Assembly: GCA_963749495.1 (NCBI GenBank)
Contig: CAVVMW010000006.1
Span: 1,056,001-1,120,000 of the forward strand
Length of the DNA: 64,000 nt
From: an uncultured bacterium
GTDB lineage: Bacteria; Verrucomicrobiota; Verrucomicrobiia; Limisphaerales; UBA8199
Direction of reading: 5' to 3'
Shown here piece after piece: positions 63,869 through 64,000 of the stretch. A model generated the notes under the pieces. The model made no database searches. It saw nothing but the letters and a program-made list of their open reading frames with translations, and had not been told where the DNA came from. Position 1 is the stretch's first letter, and each line of letters begins with the position of its first letter. The translations under genes and the position numbers were made by a program.

Positions 63869-64000
63869 ACCACCCAAACCACCGATCGTGGCCGACAGGG
63901 GTGTGAGCGACGCGGCCCTCGCCCCCGCGCATCTCCGGGGCCGCCCCGGGCCTCAAGGCACCGCCGTAAGGCATCGCCGTTGCGCACCGGCGAAGCTACG

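Overview
High-GC bacterial chromosome segment. Gene content (SWIB protein, YlbF, exosortase/EpsI, long secreted proteins with a C-terminal sorting-type tail, palindromic repeat families) suggests a Verrucomicrobiota (Pedosphaerales-like) genome; this is inference. Many single-base frameshifts in otherwise intact genes point to an unpolished long-read assembly. 1-14.7 kb is housekeeping-like: rpoN, a large carbohydrate-active-like protein, YdcF, YlbF, leuA with a Leu-rich attenuator leader, SWIB, a DRE-TIM aldolase, an aminopeptidase, a TPR membrane protein and an M14 peptidase. 15-40 kb is an accessory mosaic: an ISAs1/DUF4338 remnant, a multi-LamG secreted protein, scrambled recD2/radC fragments, a Tat-signal E1-alpha/E1-beta pair without E2, a DNA methyltransferase, a DUF6067-GH92-sugar porter locus, a Ku-unknown-ligD module, a tRNA 3' remnant and RHS debris. 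40-60.5 kb is an exosortase/EpsI/galE plus surface-polysaccharide region with IS1634/IS1380 remnants. 60.5-64 kb holds further fragments, including a second, collapsed copy of the Ku-associated module. Best novelty candidates: (1) a predicted periplasmic, Tat-exported ThDP E1 enzyme; (2) an uncharacterised gene that sits beside Ku at two separate loci; (3) a pervasive fragment patchwork joined at short homologies; (4) a leaderless Leu attenuator. All family assignments come from motif recognition, not database searches.
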